Shown in pieces: positions 7,584 through 17,131 of a DNA stretch of 48,866 bases (within the stretch, counting starts at the first letter, position 1; every line of letters begins with the position of its first letter). Location: IMG/VR virus record IMGVR_UViG_2061766007_001531; one strand, 5' to 3'. Origin of the DNA: an uncultured virus (IMG/VR IMGVR_UViG_2061766007_001531). Its lineage: Duplodnaviria; Heunggongvirae; Uroviricota; Caudoviricetes. Below the pieces are notes generated by a model, which worked only from the letters and a program-made list of their open reading frames with translations, did not search any database and was not told the DNA's origin. The position numbers were made by a program, and so were the translations under genes.

Positions 7584-7588
7584 CGCAT

Positions 7589-7661
7589 AGACCCTTCGTA
7601 TAACGGTTTCGTACACAAGACTTTGACTCTTGTAGTGGTGGTCCGACTCCACCAGGGTCTG
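7589..7661 (+). tRNA. tRNA-Gln(UUG)
   Basis: CAAGA-CTTTGAC-TCTTG. Confidence 0.87.
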
Positions 7662-7693
7662 TTAAATAATAATAAAATGAAAGGACAAATATT

Positions 7694-8074
7694 ATGGGCT
7701 ACTACACTTATTACACAATGGAAGCACGCGGTATCAAAGATGAAAAAGAATATAATTCTATTATTCATGCCATGAAAGAGCGCGAATTGTTTGAAGATAG
7801 CGAAAATGATAAGTACGGTGTTTTTGATGAAAGTACATACGATGAAACATCTCACAGTGCTTATTTTGAAACCTATGATGATGCTAAATGGTATGATCAT
7901 ACCTATGATATGGTAAAATTCTCTAAACTTTTTCCAGATGTTACCTTCAAGCTTCATGGTGACGGTGAAGAAAGTGAAGATCTGTGGAATGAATACTATC
8001 ATAACGGCGCATCAGAAGAATGTCGCGCACGTATTGTCTATGAACTACCATGCGAGATTGAATGGAGCGAATAA
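7694..8074 (+). CDS. Hypothetical phage protein
   Basis: MGYYT...KWY...FSK.FP...F.L.G.GE pattern; SD AAGGA. Confidence 0.75.
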   Translation: MGYYTYYTMEARGIKDEKEYNSIIHAMKERELFEDSENDKYGVFDESTYDETSHSAYFETYDDAKWYDHTYDMVKFSKLFPDVTFKLHGDGEESEDLWNEYYHNGASEECRARIVYELPCEIEWSE

Positions 8075-8208
8075 TGGAAGATTTAAAACAACTTATAATA
8101 CAATCATGTGAGAATTGGCTGCGTGAACATACAGCGCCAAATGATTGGATGCCACTTTCTCGTGAAGCGGTCGAAGAATTACTTAGAGTATTAAAATTTA
8201 ATACTTGA
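8074..8208 (+). CDS. Small hypothetical protein (44 aa)
   Basis: Translationally coupled TAATG; SD GGAG. Confidence 0.5.
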   Translation: MEDLKQLIIQSCENWLREHTAPNDWMPLSREAVEELLRVLKFNT

Positions 8209-8225
8209 GTTTAATAAGTTAATAT

Positions 8226-8254
8226 TTGACTTTTTCAAAATTTTATGTTATAAT
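8226..8254 (+). promoter_or_regulatory. sigmaA promoter with extended -10, upstream of the large ncRNA
   Basis: TTGACT-17-(TG)TATAAT. Confidence 0.85.
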
Positions 8255-8326
8255 TATTATGTTGAGAGGGAAAAAGAAAACCTCTTCCAAGGTATGACAA
8301 TTAAATATCTCTCTCAACATTTAAAA

Positions 8327-8919
8327 AAGAAAGACGCTTAATTCAGTAAATTGGAACCCAGTGAAGAAGTGTTGACCGCACTGCTGGGGACACCTGAAGA
8401 GCATCCGAAATCTTGATGGGATACTTTCAAGTATCGGGCGCAAAATCGGTAACGATTAGCGATAGCGGAGAAACTCCAAATGCTAAGGGTGGGCGCTATT
8501 ATATCTAGTTGTAAACGCACGATTCCTTTCGGCGGGACAATAGAAAGCCTGGTGAATAGCTAGGCCGAATCCAGATAAGGGTTTAGCTGGTGACTGTATC
8601 AAACTCTGGAAACACCAACAACTCGCTACTGTCGATGAAAGCCAGAAATGGCATATAAGAAAGGTTTACGGTACTCGCAGGTCAAGACAGCAAGTTCAAT
8701 GGAACAATTCTAGAAAAGAATTATTGATTGATTAATTGCTGAATGGTTTGGCTCGGAGTTCAAGGTAAGCAGTCCTTGTCTAGCTAGGCGAAAGCAGGCA
8801 TAGAAAGTGATTGGGTCGCTCCCAACGCTCAGCTCTATGTTTCTAGGTTGCGGAATATGCGATGGGGATATAATAGTAAGGAGAAACACCTCAAATTTAT
8901 TGAATTAGGCGCCTTTCTT
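8327..8919 (+). ncRNA. Large structured ncRNA (~590 nt), ROOL-like
   Basis: The ends pair over ~26 nt (8327-8352 with 8894-8919), with an inner long-range helix 8496-8506:8866-8876. Own promoter, no ORF. Size and tRNA-cluster context fit ROOL; the family is assigned from memory. Confidence 0.7.
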
Positions 8920-8936
8920 ATTTGGAGGAATTTAAT

Positions 8937-9257
8937 ATGTGGGCACGTGGAGAACAACGACCGATTTATGAAATTTATGTATATGAAGAGCCGTGGACAT
9001 TAAATAAACACGGCTTTTATGATTATGGTATATCAGAGCGAGTTGGCTTTTATTATGAGCAGGAAACCGCTATTAAGGCGGTAGAAGAAAATTGGTGCGA
9101 TATTCAAGATCATTACGCACACGCCGCAATGGTTAAAGAAGTAACCCCTGGCCTTTATCCGCTTATTCCTCGTTCCAAATGTTGGTACTATATTTGGAAT
9201 CCACAAAAAGAAAAATTTGAGAAAGCAGAGGTGCCAGACTCCGACTGGTTTAATTAA
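8937..9257 (+). CDS. Hypothetical protein
   Basis: SD GGAGG; ORF track. Confidence 0.7.
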   Translation: MWARGEQRPIYEIYVYEEPWTLNKHGFYDYGISERVGFYYEQETAIKAVEENWCDIQDHYAHAAMVKEVTPGLYPLIPRSKCWYYIWNPQKEKFEKAEVPDSDWFN

Positions 9258-9258
9258 A

Positions 9259-9699
9259 ATGAAAATATATACTTCTTATTGGGCGCAAGTACGTAAGTTT
9301 CCACGCAATCTTGTTGGTTTGAATACTACTGTATGGCCACCTAAATATCGGCCCCTTGGTAAAGATGCGCGCGGAGTTATAGTTAAAAACTGTAAGCCTT
9401 TAATTCCAGGACGAGAATGTGAATATCTATGCCGTGGAAAATGCGAACCACCCCATCCGCAAGATTGTGCTTTTTTACAAACTTATAGAAAGCAATTAGA
9501 TAGATTAAACTTTAATGAGTTCTACTCATATATGAAGGATTTAGGTGAGAGAATAGCGCGCGAAGAAGCACTAGATCATGTAGACTTTGCTTTTATAGTA
9601 TTTGAACCCCCTACAAAATCTTGTAGCGAGCGCGCTCCAATACAAAATTGGTTCCGTGATAATGGAATTGAGATTGAAGAGTGGCAATCAAATATTTGA
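9259..9699 (+). CDS. DUF488-like protein
   Basis: MKIYTSY N-terminus and FEPP..SCSER...I..W C-terminal motif. Confidence 0.6.
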   Translation: MKIYTSYWAQVRKFPRNLVGLNTTVWPPKYRPLGKDARGVIVKNCKPLIPGRECEYLCRGKCEPPHPQDCAFLQTYRKQLDRLNFNEFYSYMKDLGERIAREEALDHVDFAFIVFEPPTKSCSERAPIQNWFRDNGIEIEEWQSNI

Positions 9700-9724
9700 C
9701 TTTTTATAAAATTTATAGTATAAT
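9696..9724 (+). promoter_or_regulatory. sigmaA promoter
   Basis: TTGACT-17-TATAAT. Confidence 0.85.
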
Positions 9725-9751
9725 TTTTATAGAAAGACAGGAGTGATCTCT

Positions 9752-10111
9752 ATGTGTAAGTATAGTATGAAGTCTAAGAATCGTAAGAATCATCAGAGAT
9801 GGTTCAATCAGTATTGCCGTTATGTTAATATGTGTATTGAAAACGACGATCTTTGGCTCGGTCGCTTCTGTATCGCGCAAAAAGCTACTGTTATGGAGTG
9901 GTTTGAAGACAAGAGTGGCGGTCTAATGTATGCTCTTATTGGGATGCGCGATAAAAAGACTGGTCATACTGTTGAAAGGTGGTATGATGGTCTTGAAATG
10001 GATAGTAAGTTTTGGTGGGATTTTAATGATTTCATCATACTTGATTGTAAAGTCTGGGAAGAAAACCCAGATCCGCGTGAGAATCGTATTGACTTTAGAC
10101 AAGTCAAATGA
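9752..10111 (+). CDS. Hypothetical protein
   Basis: SD AGGAG; ORF track. Confidence 0.7.
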   Translation: MCKYSMKSKNRKNHQRWFNQYCRYVNMCIENDDLWLGRFCIAQKATVMEWFEDKSGGLMYALIGMRDKKTGHTVERWYDGLEMDSKFWWDFNDFIILDCKVWEENPDPRENRIDFRQVK

Positions 10112-10498
10112 GATAACCGCAGGAAGGGGATGCGGTATAAAAATATCAACCATCTTTGTAGCGGCAGCTGAGGAAGTGCAGAACCCCGACTACATCGAGC
10201 CCTACGGCCGCCGGTGTGAATGCGACCATGCGTGAACACGGAAACCAAGACACCGTTAAAACACACCTTAAACGCTAGGCACTATTCAGCATTTCCGAAG
10301 ATTTTACCGATGTTGCTGGATATTTGAGTACGTGGCCTGCTCGTAAAATCGGCCTCAGAGGTACCAGTCACTCTGTATAATAACGACTGTGTACATAGGT
10401 GTTAGGCGGACGCACCTAAAATGTCCACCATTGGCGCTAGTGGGATAATGCGGACAGGCCCGCAAAAGTTGCCCCTTTAAGACTAGCAAATTTACTTC
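10112..10498 (+). ncRNA. Second tandem-pseudoknot non-coding RNA tract
   Basis: Consecutive H-type units: GAGTA/TGCTC with GGCC:GGCC (10326-10354), CAGAG/CTCTG with CAGTC:GACTG (10356-10389), TAGGTG/CACCTA with GGAC:GTCC (10396-10426). Confidence 0.65.
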
Positions 10499-10530
10499 GG
10501 GACGGGTTCAAAAATCCGTCCCATTTTTTA
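10499..10530 (+). terminator. Rho-independent terminator
   Basis: GGGACGG-loop-CCGTCCC followed by a T run. Confidence 0.8.
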
Positions 10531-10531
10531 T

Positions 10532-10674
10532 TTGACTTTTTTATAAACTTATAATATAATTTTTATAGATAGGGAAATGGCTATGAGTGAAATTTGGGAT
10601 ACAGCCATTAAAATAATACTTAAAGGAGATTCTGAAATTTAATATTTGACTTTAAATAAAATTTCTGATATAAT
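10532..10674 (+). promoter_or_regulatory. Two tandem sigmaA promoters (10532-10560 and 10646-10674)
   Basis: TTGACT-17-TATAAT twice. Confidence 0.8.
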
Positions 10675-10780
10675 AATTATGAAAGATGAGAAAGCTTGGG
10701 ATTATTCTGATTGCTAGATTGGACATCCCTGTACAAAATGTATTAACAGTTGTACATTTAAAATAAGAAAGGATAAAAAT

Positions 10781-10909
10781 ATGGAACAAGATAAATATCC
10801 ATGTGATAATTGTCCGCCTCCACATATGTGTGGTTACTGTACTTTATGTGAAGAATGGGAAAAGACTCATCCTAAAAAAGAAGTTAAAGAAAAATATGAA
10901 TGGGAATAA
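10781..10909 (+). CDS. Small Cys-rich protein (42 aa)
   Basis: SD AAGGA; CDNC...CGYCTLC. Confidence 0.55.
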   Translation: MEQDKYPCDNCPPPHMCGYCTLCEEWEKTHPKKEVKEKYEWE

Positions 10910-10979
10910 AAATTTTTAGAAAAAATTATTATACTTTTTCCGATTTAGCAATACTTAAAGTATGCGAGGAGATGAGAAA

Positions 10980-11180
10980 ATGACAATTAAAGAAAAATTA
11001 CAATATTTTTCTGACAATGGAATGTCTATTAGTTTTATTGCTAGACAAATGGATGTTAATCCCGCAACTTTGAGTAAATGGCTAAAAGATGAAAAAGGTA
11101 TAACTCATAAAAATGAAGAAAAGGTTTATAATACGCTTGTGGCTATTACTCAAAAATTTAATAAAATTTTGGAGGAATAA
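10980..11180 (+). CDS. HTH (Cro/XRE-like) protein
   Basis: MSISFIARQMDVNPATLSKW HTH. Confidence 0.8.
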   Translation: MTIKEKLQYFSDNGMSISFIARQMDVNPATLSKWLKDEKGITHKNEEKVYNTLVAITQKFNKILEE

Positions 11181-11182
11181 AT

Positions 11183-12070
11183 ATGCCAGCTAAAATAAAC
11201 TTGCTTAATCAACGTTTTGGCAAATTGGTAGTATTAGAAGAATTAGCAGAACGAAGGAATAATTCAGTCGTATGGCTATGCCAATGTGATTGTGGCAATA
11301 GAGTTACCTTTACCACAAAAGAATTAAGAAATGATGGATTAATTTCTTGCCATGATTGTGGTACAAAACGCAGTCCACTAAAAAGACGGGCAGCCTTAAT
11401 AGGTAAAAAATTTAATCATTTAACTGTACTAGAAGCAACCGACCGCCGCTCTGGAGGTTGTATTGTATATAAATGTGAGTGTGATTGTCCAGCCCATACT
11501 ATTACATATGTTAGTAGTAAGGAATTAATTAATGGTGGAACGAAATCATGCGGATGTATAGCAAGAAAATATCAACCAGGGGATATAATAAATAATCGTA
11601 AAATATTGGCGGATGCAGGTATGATAAATAAACATCATTATTATAAATGTGAATGTTTATTTTGTCATAGAATATACAATGCTTTAACTGGTACAATAGA
11701 TAAAACTTTTTCTTGCGGGTGTCAAAGAAGTATTGGAGAATATAAAATTCTTCAAATTTTAGAAAATAATCATATTCCTTATATTAAAGAATTTAGTTTT
11801 CCTAATTCATTATTACGTTATGATTTTGCCATATTAGATAAAGAACATAAAGTTCAAAAATTAATTGAATTTGATGGAGAACAACATTATCTTAAAAATG
11901 TAAAATCTTCTGGCTGGAATACCATAGATAAATTTATATATACCGAAGAAAAAGATATTGAAAAAAATAATCTTGCTAGACAATATGGAATACCACTTAT
12001 ACGTATTCCTTATTGGGAACGAGATAATTTAACATTAGAAATGTTATTTAATAATAAATATATAGTATAA
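11183..12070 (+). CDS. Free-standing homing-type endonuclease: repeated CxCxCG/SCGC modules plus C-terminal Vsr/DUF559-like nuclease
   Basis: FGKLVV..WLCQCDCG repeats; YDF...LIEFDGEQH...KN...IPLIRIPYW. Confidence 0.8.
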   Translation: MPAKINLLNQRFGKLVVLEELAERRNNSVVWLCQCDCGNRVTFTTKELRNDGLISCHDCGTKRSPLKRRAALIGKKFNHLTVLEATDRRSGGCIVYKCECDCPAHTITYVSSKELINGGTKSCGCIARKYQPGDIINNRKILADAGMINKHHYYKCECLFCHRIYNALTGTIDKTFSCGCQRSIGEYKILQILENNHIPYIKEFSFPNSLLRYDFAILDKEHKVQKLIEFDGEQHYLKNVKSSGWNTIDKFIYTEEKDIEKNNLARQYGIPLIRIPYWERDNLTLEMLFNNKYIV

Positions 12071-12115
12071 TCAACACGGTCTTGACAAAGACTAAGATAA
12101 AAGGAGATTAATAAG

Positions 12116-13618
12116 ATGAATGATTTTTTAAAGGCTATGAAAGAAGATACGAATTATACTCTTACAGAGAATTTTGGCATTACTCATAAATCCACTTTAA
12201 ATAAGGTGCTTGATATGTTTGGTATGGGCGGTTCCATGCGGAACCGCTCTGATGACGACGTTATCGTTATGTTCGCTAAGGCATACGACGAAGATCCGAC
12301 TCTGGCTCTGCGTTGTTTGTTCTATCTGCGCGATGTACGTGGTGGCCAGGGCGAACGGCGTTTCTTCCGTGTCTGCTATAACTGGCTGGCAAAGGAATAT
12401 CCGGATGAAGCCGAACACATGATTCTGAAAGTGGCTGAATACGGTCGTTATGATGACCTGTTCGCACTTTTTGATACTCCGTGTGAAGGCTCTATGATGG
12501 GCTATATTGCCTATCTACTGAACACTAATAAGGATCATTTGCTTTATAAGTGGATGCCTTCCATTAATGCTTCATCCAAGAATACGCAGGCTCGTGGTCG
12601 CAAGTTCGCGCGCGAGTTTGGTATGACTGAACGGGCATATCGTAAGATGCTGTCCGAGGGTCGTGTAGCATGTAATCTGGTTGAATCTCTAATGAGCCAG
12701 AATCATTGGAATCAGATTGCTTTTGACAAGCTGCCTTCTCGCGCAGGTCTTCTCTATAAGAACGCTTTTATGCGTCGTGAGGAAACCAAAGCTCGTTATG
12801 CTGAGTTTATGAGCAATAAGGAAACCAAGGTTAACGCGGGAGTACTAAATCCGGTGGATATTGCCCATCAGATCTTCGCGTATCGTGGCTATAAACCTTC
12901 TGCTACTGAGCGTCAGGCTTGGCAGAAATACTGGGATAATCTGAAGGACTATTATGATGGTCGTGAAGAACCTGGTATCGCTATCGTTGACGTTAGCGGT
13001 AGCATGTGGGGCCAGCCGCTGGAAGCTGCGGTTTCTATGGGCGCCTACATTGCCGAGCGTGGCAAGGGCCCATTCCAGAACCATTTTATCACCTTCAGTG
13101 ATAATCCTGAACTTGTCGAATTTAGCGGTCGCGATATCTATGACAAGTTCCATCGCGCGCAAGGCGCTGAATGGGGTGGAAGTACCAATATCGAAGCTGT
13201 CTTCGATTTGCTTTTGCGTACCGCAGTTGGTCATGGTACCAGTCCGAAAGATATGCCTAAAACTCTTTATATCTTTAGCGATATGGAGTTCAATGCATGT
13301 ATATCCGCTGGTCCTCGTTCACAGAGTCGTTGGCTTTCTAGCACTCGTATGCTCAATCGGAATCAGATTGATACCGTTATTGAAGCGCAGGCTCATAAAT
13401 GGCGGCAGTATGGCTATCAGATTCCTCGAGTCATCTTCTGGAACCTTGACGCCCGTCAGAACAATATCCCCGCCATCGGTGATGGATTCTCCTATGTAAG
13501 TGGTTTCTCCATGAACATGGTTGAATGTATTCTATCTGGCAAGGATGGCGTGGCTCTGATGCTAGAGAAATTGAATAGTGATCGCTATTCTTCTATCCAT
13601 AGTATCAAGGAGGCTTAA
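12116..13618 (+). CDS. DUF2828 family protein (TROVE/Ro60-like with vWA domain)
   Basis: TEN N-terminus, LFYLRDVRGGQGERR, MIDAS DVSGSM, STNIEAVF, IFSDMEF, IFWNL, VSGFS. Confidence 0.85.
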   Translation: MNDFLKAMKEDTNYTLTENFGITHKSTLNKVLDMFGMGGSMRNRSDDDVIVMFAKAYDEDPTLALRCLFYLRDVRGGQGERRFFRVCYNWLAKEYPDEAEHMILKVAEYGRYDDLFALFDTPCEGSMMGYIAYLLNTNKDHLLYKWMPSINASSKNTQARGRKFAREFGMTERAYRKMLSEGRVACNLVESLMSQNHWNQIAFDKLPSRAGLLYKNAFMRREETKARYAEFMSNKETKVNAGVLNPVDIAHQIFAYRGYKPSATERQAWQKYWDNLKDYYDGREEPGIAIVDVSGSMWGQPLEAAVSMGAYIAERGKGPFQNHFITFSDNPELVEFSGRDIYDKFHRAQGAEWGGSTNIEAVFDLLLRTAVGHGTSPKDMPKTLYIFSDMEFNACISAGPRSQSRWLSSTRMLNRNQIDTVIEAQAHKWRQYGYQIPRVIFWNLDARQNNIPAIGDGFSYVSGFSMNMVECILSGKDGVALMLEKLNSDRYSSIHSIKEA

Positions 13619-13619
13619 T

Positions 13620-14018
13620 ATGGAAATTAATATTCGCGCAGGTCAGCGCGTTCTCTATAAAGATGGCAATAGTAGCTGGTTGGTCGGCATTGTTGATTGC
13701 GGCAAAGCCGAGGTGAATGAACAGGGGGTATGGTTGCCAATCATACCCCTTGGATTCGCCCATATGGATCATGAAGATATTCCATATATTCATTGGGCTG
13801 AAATAAATACTTTATTTTTAGAAGCAAAACCTGTTGAAAATTGGATGAATAAGTTTACTAAAGAGGAATATATTCATTTTATTCAGGAAGATGATTTTGA
13901 ACGCGCGCTTGAAAATGCATGGGTATCTGATGGAGAATATTATTACTATCCTGTAAGCACATATACAGAGAAATGGTTAAATAAACAACCATTCAATTAT
14001 GTAATTAGGAGTTATTAA
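13620..14018 (+). CDS. Hypothetical protein
   Basis: SD AGGAGG. Confidence 0.7.
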   Translation: MEINIRAGQRVLYKDGNSSWLVGIVDCGKAEVNEQGVWLPIIPLGFAHMDHEDIPYIHWAEINTLFLEAKPVENWMNKFTKEEYIHFIQEDDFERALENAWVSDGEYYYYPVSTYTEKWLNKQPFNYVIRSY

Positions 14019-14233
14019 TGAAATATAAAATATTAACTCATAGTTATGCAGATGGTATAAAATTAATCGCTGATGGTTTAATAAATGGAACCGAATTAAT
14101 TGCTTTCTTTAGATGCGCTTATGTAACTACCGAAGAAGATGTAATTCATATCGTAACAGCATTTGAAATGGCAGACCTTGATTTACCTATCGATTCAATT
14201 AAATTATTTACACTATATCAAGTAATAGAGTAA
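14018..14233 (+). CDS. Hypothetical protein
   Basis: Coupled start; SD AGGAG. Confidence 0.6.
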   Translation: MKYKILTHSYADGIKLIADGLINGTELIAFFRCAYVTTEEDVIHIVTAFEMADLDLPIDSIKLFTLYQVIE

Positions 14234-14241
14234 TCTATTAC

Positions 14242-14270
14242 TTGACTTTTTTTTTAAATTATATTATAAT
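14242..14270 (+). promoter_or_regulatory. sigmaA promoter
   Basis: TTGACT-17-TATAAT. Confidence 0.85.
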
Positions 14271-14290
14271 TTTAATGTAAGAAAGGGGAG

Positions 14291-15022
14291 ATGGGTATGG
14301 CGGTAGCAAAAACCTATGCTAACATGGAGATTTGCGGCGATCCGTTTATGGAGAACAAACGGATGTATGTTAATGTTAAAGCGCCGAAAGGCCTGAAGAA
14401 AGTACGTTGGTATACTGACGCGGAATATCGTCGTATGTATCCTAATGAGGTAATTGAAAATGGCAAACGTAATATTATGGACTTTAATGCTCGTCATGTT
14501 TTTGGTTTTGGTGATGCTGGTTATATTACAATTTATCGAGGAGATGAATTGGTACTCCAAGAGTGCGTTAAAAACCATCATGAGTCCTTTCGGCGTAATC
14601 TTACTTTTGGATATTATACTCCTTCTCATATATCCGTATGTGCTTTACCGACTGGCATTACTCCTATTCGTTTAATGTGGGAAGAAGTCATGGATCATGA
14701 TGATCGAATGAAGCCGCACCCCGAAGTACAGAAAATTGTTGCTACTAAACTTGGTAATACAAGTAAGAGTAAATTTGTAGGTGTAGAAAATGCGTGGATT
14801 GAAAAAGATGTCACCGTTAAAGAGAATAAAACACGCCAAGATCATTTTGGTGAAAAACATACGCATACTTTGGTTGATGCCGAGGGCAATACGTATGTTT
14901 GGGAAACAGGCGCCAAAAATCTTGCTTGTGGTGAAACAGTTCATCTAAAGATGAAAGTTAAGAAACATGAAGAAATCAATGGTGAACAAGTTACTATTGT
15001 ATGGTATTGTAAGGTGATTTAA
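14291..15022 (+). CDS. Hypothetical protein with possible C-terminal OB fold
   Basis: ORF track; the C-terminal FG..H...D.EGN.YVW.T pattern suggests an OB fold. Confidence 0.7.
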   Translation: MGMAVAKTYANMEICGDPFMENKRMYVNVKAPKGLKKVRWYTDAEYRRMYPNEVIENGKRNIMDFNARHVFGFGDAGYITIYRGDELVLQECVKNHHESFRRNLTFGYYTPSHISVCALPTGITPIRLMWEEVMDHDDRMKPHPEVQKIVATKLGNTSKSKFVGVENAWIEKDVTVKENKTRQDHFGEKHTHTLVDAEGNTYVWETGAKNLACGETVHLKMKVKKHEEINGEQVTIVWYCKVI

Positions 15023-15228
15023 TGAAGTTACTTTGTCAACGATATGCGGGTTAGATAGCGCGATGTCCTAATTGTTACGCAATTATAGGATATGAACCAA
15101 AAGATGTATCCGCATCATAGAATATAAAATGTCCACAATGTCAATTTACAATGTGGGTTCCGTTTAATCCCAATTATAATGGTGTAATAAAAGAAAGTGA
15201 GGATAAAAAAGATGACTCTATGGTTTGA
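15022..15228 (+). CDS. Zn-ribbon protein with 2 in-frame TAG (15052, 15118)
   Basis: MKLLCQRYAG*IARCPNC...S*NIKCPQC...; SD AAGGTGA; fills the gap between neighbours exactly. Confidence 0.7.
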
Positions 15229-15442
15229 AAATCGGTTTGGTGATGCAAAGCCTATCGCTCGTTGCGAAAATAAGGATGATGTATATCGTTCTATTAACGA
15301 TTTCATCAAACAGGCTAATGCGCATAAACCCAAAGGTTCTACTCCCTTTAAAAGTTATTATATTCGGACTTGGGAGCAGGATGGAAAGACCTGGTATGAT
15401 GTTGGTTCCCATGTAGAATTCTTTTATACTACGGAGAAGTAA
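15212..15442 (+). CDS. Hypothetical protein
   Basis: YYIRTW...DVGSH.EFF motif; SD GAGGA. Confidence 0.7.
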   Translation: MTLWFENRFGDAKPIARCENKDDVYRSINDFIKQANAHKPKGSTPFKSYYIRTWEQDGKTWYDVGSHVEFFYTTEK

Positions 15443-15446
15443 TGAA

Positions 15447-15656
15447 ATGAATAACTATTTATATGATATTATCAGCGAGCAAATAATGGATTCTGATATG
15501 GTGGATAAAATTGAATGGATTGAAACAGCTTCATATGACCATCCTAATCGTGTGCATGGTTATAAAGATGATGAACCAGTACATTTGAGTATTTGGTTTG
15601 ATGAAGAAGCAGAACGATGGTATATTGAATATATGCAATTTGGAAAGGAGTATTAA
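15447..15656 (+). CDS. Hypothetical protein
   Basis: ORF track. Confidence 0.6.
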   Translation: MNNYLYDIISEQIMDSDMVDKIEWIETASYDHPNRVHGYKDDEPVHLSIWFDEEAERWYIEYMQFGKEY

Positions 15657-15657
15657 T

Positions 15658-15861
15658 ATGACTAGAACTGAACTTAATAAACTCCATCAAGCACATTTAA
15701 AATATCTATTGGATAATTCTCCAACAGATTATATTGTCGAAGACCGTGGCATTGATACTTTTAAAGATCCATGTAGTGAGTTTGTAGCTAGTGCAGGCGG
15801 TGATGTTACTGTATATCGCGTCATGGGTTATGGCCCAGAGTTTAAAATTTATATTCATTGA
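15658..15861 (+). CDS. Hypothetical protein
   Basis: SD AAGGAG. Confidence 0.65.
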   Translation: MTRTELNKLHQAHLKYLLDNSPTDYIVEDRGIDTFKDPCSEFVASAGGDVTVYRVMGYGPEFKIYIH

Positions 15862-15869
15862 GGTATAAT

Positions 15870-16079
15870 ATGAAATGGATTTATGGTGAAATACGAAGCG
15901 TTTCAAATAAGATTATGCAAACATATAGAATTAATCCTAGATATATTATTGCGATAGATCTTAACGAACGTAAAATGATAGTAGAGGGCCTAAGTGAAAA
16001 AATTCTTTACTATTCCAAAGAATATGATGAAGAAATATATAATATAGTATATGAACTTAACAAAGGAGAAAATAAATGA
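15870..16079 (+). CDS. Hypothetical protein
   Basis: SD GAGGT. Confidence 0.6.
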   Translation: MKWIYGEIRSVSNKIMQTYRINPRYIIAIDLNERKMIVEGLSEKILYYSKEYDEEIYNIVYELNKGENK

Positions 16080-16249
16080 AAATTTGGCAATCAGAGGATG
16101 ATAATATTCAATTATCTATGTCATTATTAGAATACAGATGTCTCTTCAATGCGATTGATGATCATGTAACAGAATATTGTTCTAAAAATGATATGCTCAT
16201 TACTATATTTGAACAAATGGAAAAATTCAATAAAGGAGAAAATGAATGA
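16076..16249 (+). CDS. Small hypothetical protein
   Basis: SD AAGGAG; overlaps both neighbours by 4 nt. Confidence 0.55.
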   Translation: MKIWQSEDDNIQLSMSLLEYRCLFNAIDDHVTEYCSKNDMLITIFEQMEKFNKGENE

Positions 16250-16659
16250 GACTTTGGCACGCGTCCCTTATTTCTGTTCTTCCGCGCGAACAACTTGTAA
16301 GTCAGTGGCGCGAATGTTCAGCAATTGCCGGTAAGATACAAACTTCCGGCACTCCCAATCATGTATTAGTAAACTTTATAACAGACTATGATTTTGATCA
16401 TTTCATTTCCTATGCCTATTATATTAGGCAAGAGATGACTGCGCGCAAATACCGCACTATGAATAGTGTATGGGAAAAGATTGAATCCCTTAAACCAAAC
16501 TGGACACTTTTACCGCTTGAAGAAGTATATAAGAATAAAATGAGTGATTTCTATCTAACGGTATGCTACTACAATCTATATGAAAAATATGATTGCGGTA
16601 TGTTTTATGATTTCGATGAAATTGAAAAAGTATATAGGAGGATTATTTATAATGAGTGA
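16246..16659 (+). CDS. Pyrimidine dimer DNA glycosylase/endonuclease V family protein
   Basis: MRLWH..LI..LPREQL..QWRE...H..VN...Y......EM..R.Y pattern. Confidence 0.75.
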   Translation: MRLWHASLISVLPREQLVSQWRECSAIAGKIQTSGTPNHVLVNFITDYDFDHFISYAYYIRQEMTARKYRTMNSVWEKIESLKPNWTLLPLEEVYKNKMSDFYLTVCYYNLYEKYDCGMFYDFDEIEKVYRRIIYNE

Positions 16660-16783
16660 GCAGGCACGATATTTATCATGGGTCTATAGGCGTAATCTAT
16701 TAATGGAGCGCGGCCTAGAAGATCGCAAAGGTATTATTTCTAAGTTGAATCGCAAGATCCGTAACTATGAGGCTCGCCACTGA
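16652..16783 (+). CDS. Small hypothetical protein
   Basis: SD AGGAGG. Confidence 0.55.
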   Translation: MSEQARYLSWVYRRNLLMERGLEDRKGIISKLNRKIRNYEARH

Positions 16784-16825
16784 GCCTCTTTTTTATTTGA
16801 CAAATTTTTTAATTTATAGTATAAT
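16769..16825 (+). promoter_or_regulatory. Terminator hairpin followed by sigmaA promoter (16797-16825)
   Basis: GAGGCTC-loop-GAGCCTC plus T run; TTGACA-17-TATAAT. Confidence 0.8.
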
Positions 16826-16918
16826 TTATATATGAAAGGATAGAAAATTTTTTATAGCCAAAAAATTTTCTAAATGAATAAATTGGCTATTTAATACCTA
16901 TAATATGGAGGGATTAAG

Positions 16919-17131
16919 ATGAAAGAAAAAATATTAAAATTAATTGATCTTGGTTATTCTTATAGATATCTCGCACGTATTTGTGATGTTCATCATACTA
17001 CGCTATCAAATTGGTGCGCGGGTACTACAGAATTAACGCCAACTATTAAGAATAGAATTAAAAAAGGATTACTTTCACATATCGCTCAAATAAATGAAAT
17101 TATAGGTGATGAGAATGAAAACTGGGATTGA
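16919..17131 (+). CDS. HTH protein (paralog of 10980-11180)
   Basis: GYSYRYLARICDVHHTTLSNW. Confidence 0.8.
   Translation: MKEKILKLIDLGYSYRYLARICDVHHTTLSNWCAGTTELTPTIKNRIKKGLLSHIAQINEIIGDENENWD

Noticed and set aside
10158..10196. RNase P RNA-like words (GAGGAAGT, CAGAACCCCGACTA)
   Set aside because: The two motifs are adjacent inside one hairpin instead of ~300 nt apart, and the rest of the RNase P core is missing.
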